In this document: one piece after another, positions 58,067-58,225 of the stretch | Layout of the letters: the number at the start of each line of letters is the position of its first letter | How positions within the stretch are numbered: the stretch's first letter is position 1 | Origin: Actinomycetota bacterium | Lineage (GTDB): Bacteria; Actinomycetota; Actinomycetes; Mycobacteriales; SCTD01 | Reading direction: 5' to 3' | Length of the DNA stretch: 58,225 nucleotides | Assembly (NCBI GenBank): GCA_019348355.1 | Contig: JAHWJP010000004.1 | Location: 1-58,225 of the forward strand | The notes under the pieces: generated by a model | The model's input: the letters and a program-made list of their open reading frames with translations, nothing else | Told to the model about the DNA's origin: nothing | Databases searched by the model: none | Translations under genes and position numbers: made by a program

Positions 58067-58225
58067 CCTCGAAGGTCACGCCACGACCGTCGGTGCCGCG
58101 CTGGGAGGAGAAGTAGAGCCGTGAGCCATCCGGGCTGAAGGCGGGGCCGGTGACCTCGCTGAGTCGTGCCCGACGAGCCGGACGACCGGCGCCACCTGCC
58201 CTCGGCGCTGATCATGACGACCTCC

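Noticed and set aside
58067-58225. Possible RNA gene or ORF at the right edge
   Set aside because: No tRNA cloverleaf or recognisable motif; too little sequence.

Overview
58 kb of a very GC-rich actinomycete (Actinomycetota) chromosome. It covers the conserved core region trkA-trkA/KimA-like permease/TRAM methyltransferase - dxs - cutRS - rnd - DUF3000 - hemE/hemG/hemQ - msrB - Prim-PolC/ligC - zapE - treZYX, with accessory genes inserted. I saw no rRNA, tRNA, CRISPR array or transposase. A DUF222/REP13E12 gene runs off the left edge. Most notable: (1) an MSMEG_6728-family (T4 endonuclease V-like) glycosylase fused to a complete but catalytically degenerate RecQ helicase scaffold (8045-9586); (2) a candidate three-component signalling system (output-less membrane/GAF-like protein + HisKA_3 kinase, divergent from a NarL-family regulator); (3) a candidate structured ncRNA after cutS; (4) PafBC-type DNA-damage promoters before the DUF222 gene and before a 63-aa Cys-rich protein; (5) an LPXTG surface protein that apparently starts at CTG; (6) pervasive leaderless gene starts; (7) several REP-like palindromes and four eroded genes (lipoprotein, VapC, GAF-ANTAR, CheR-PAS). 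All calls come from motif recognition by eye; no database search was run.
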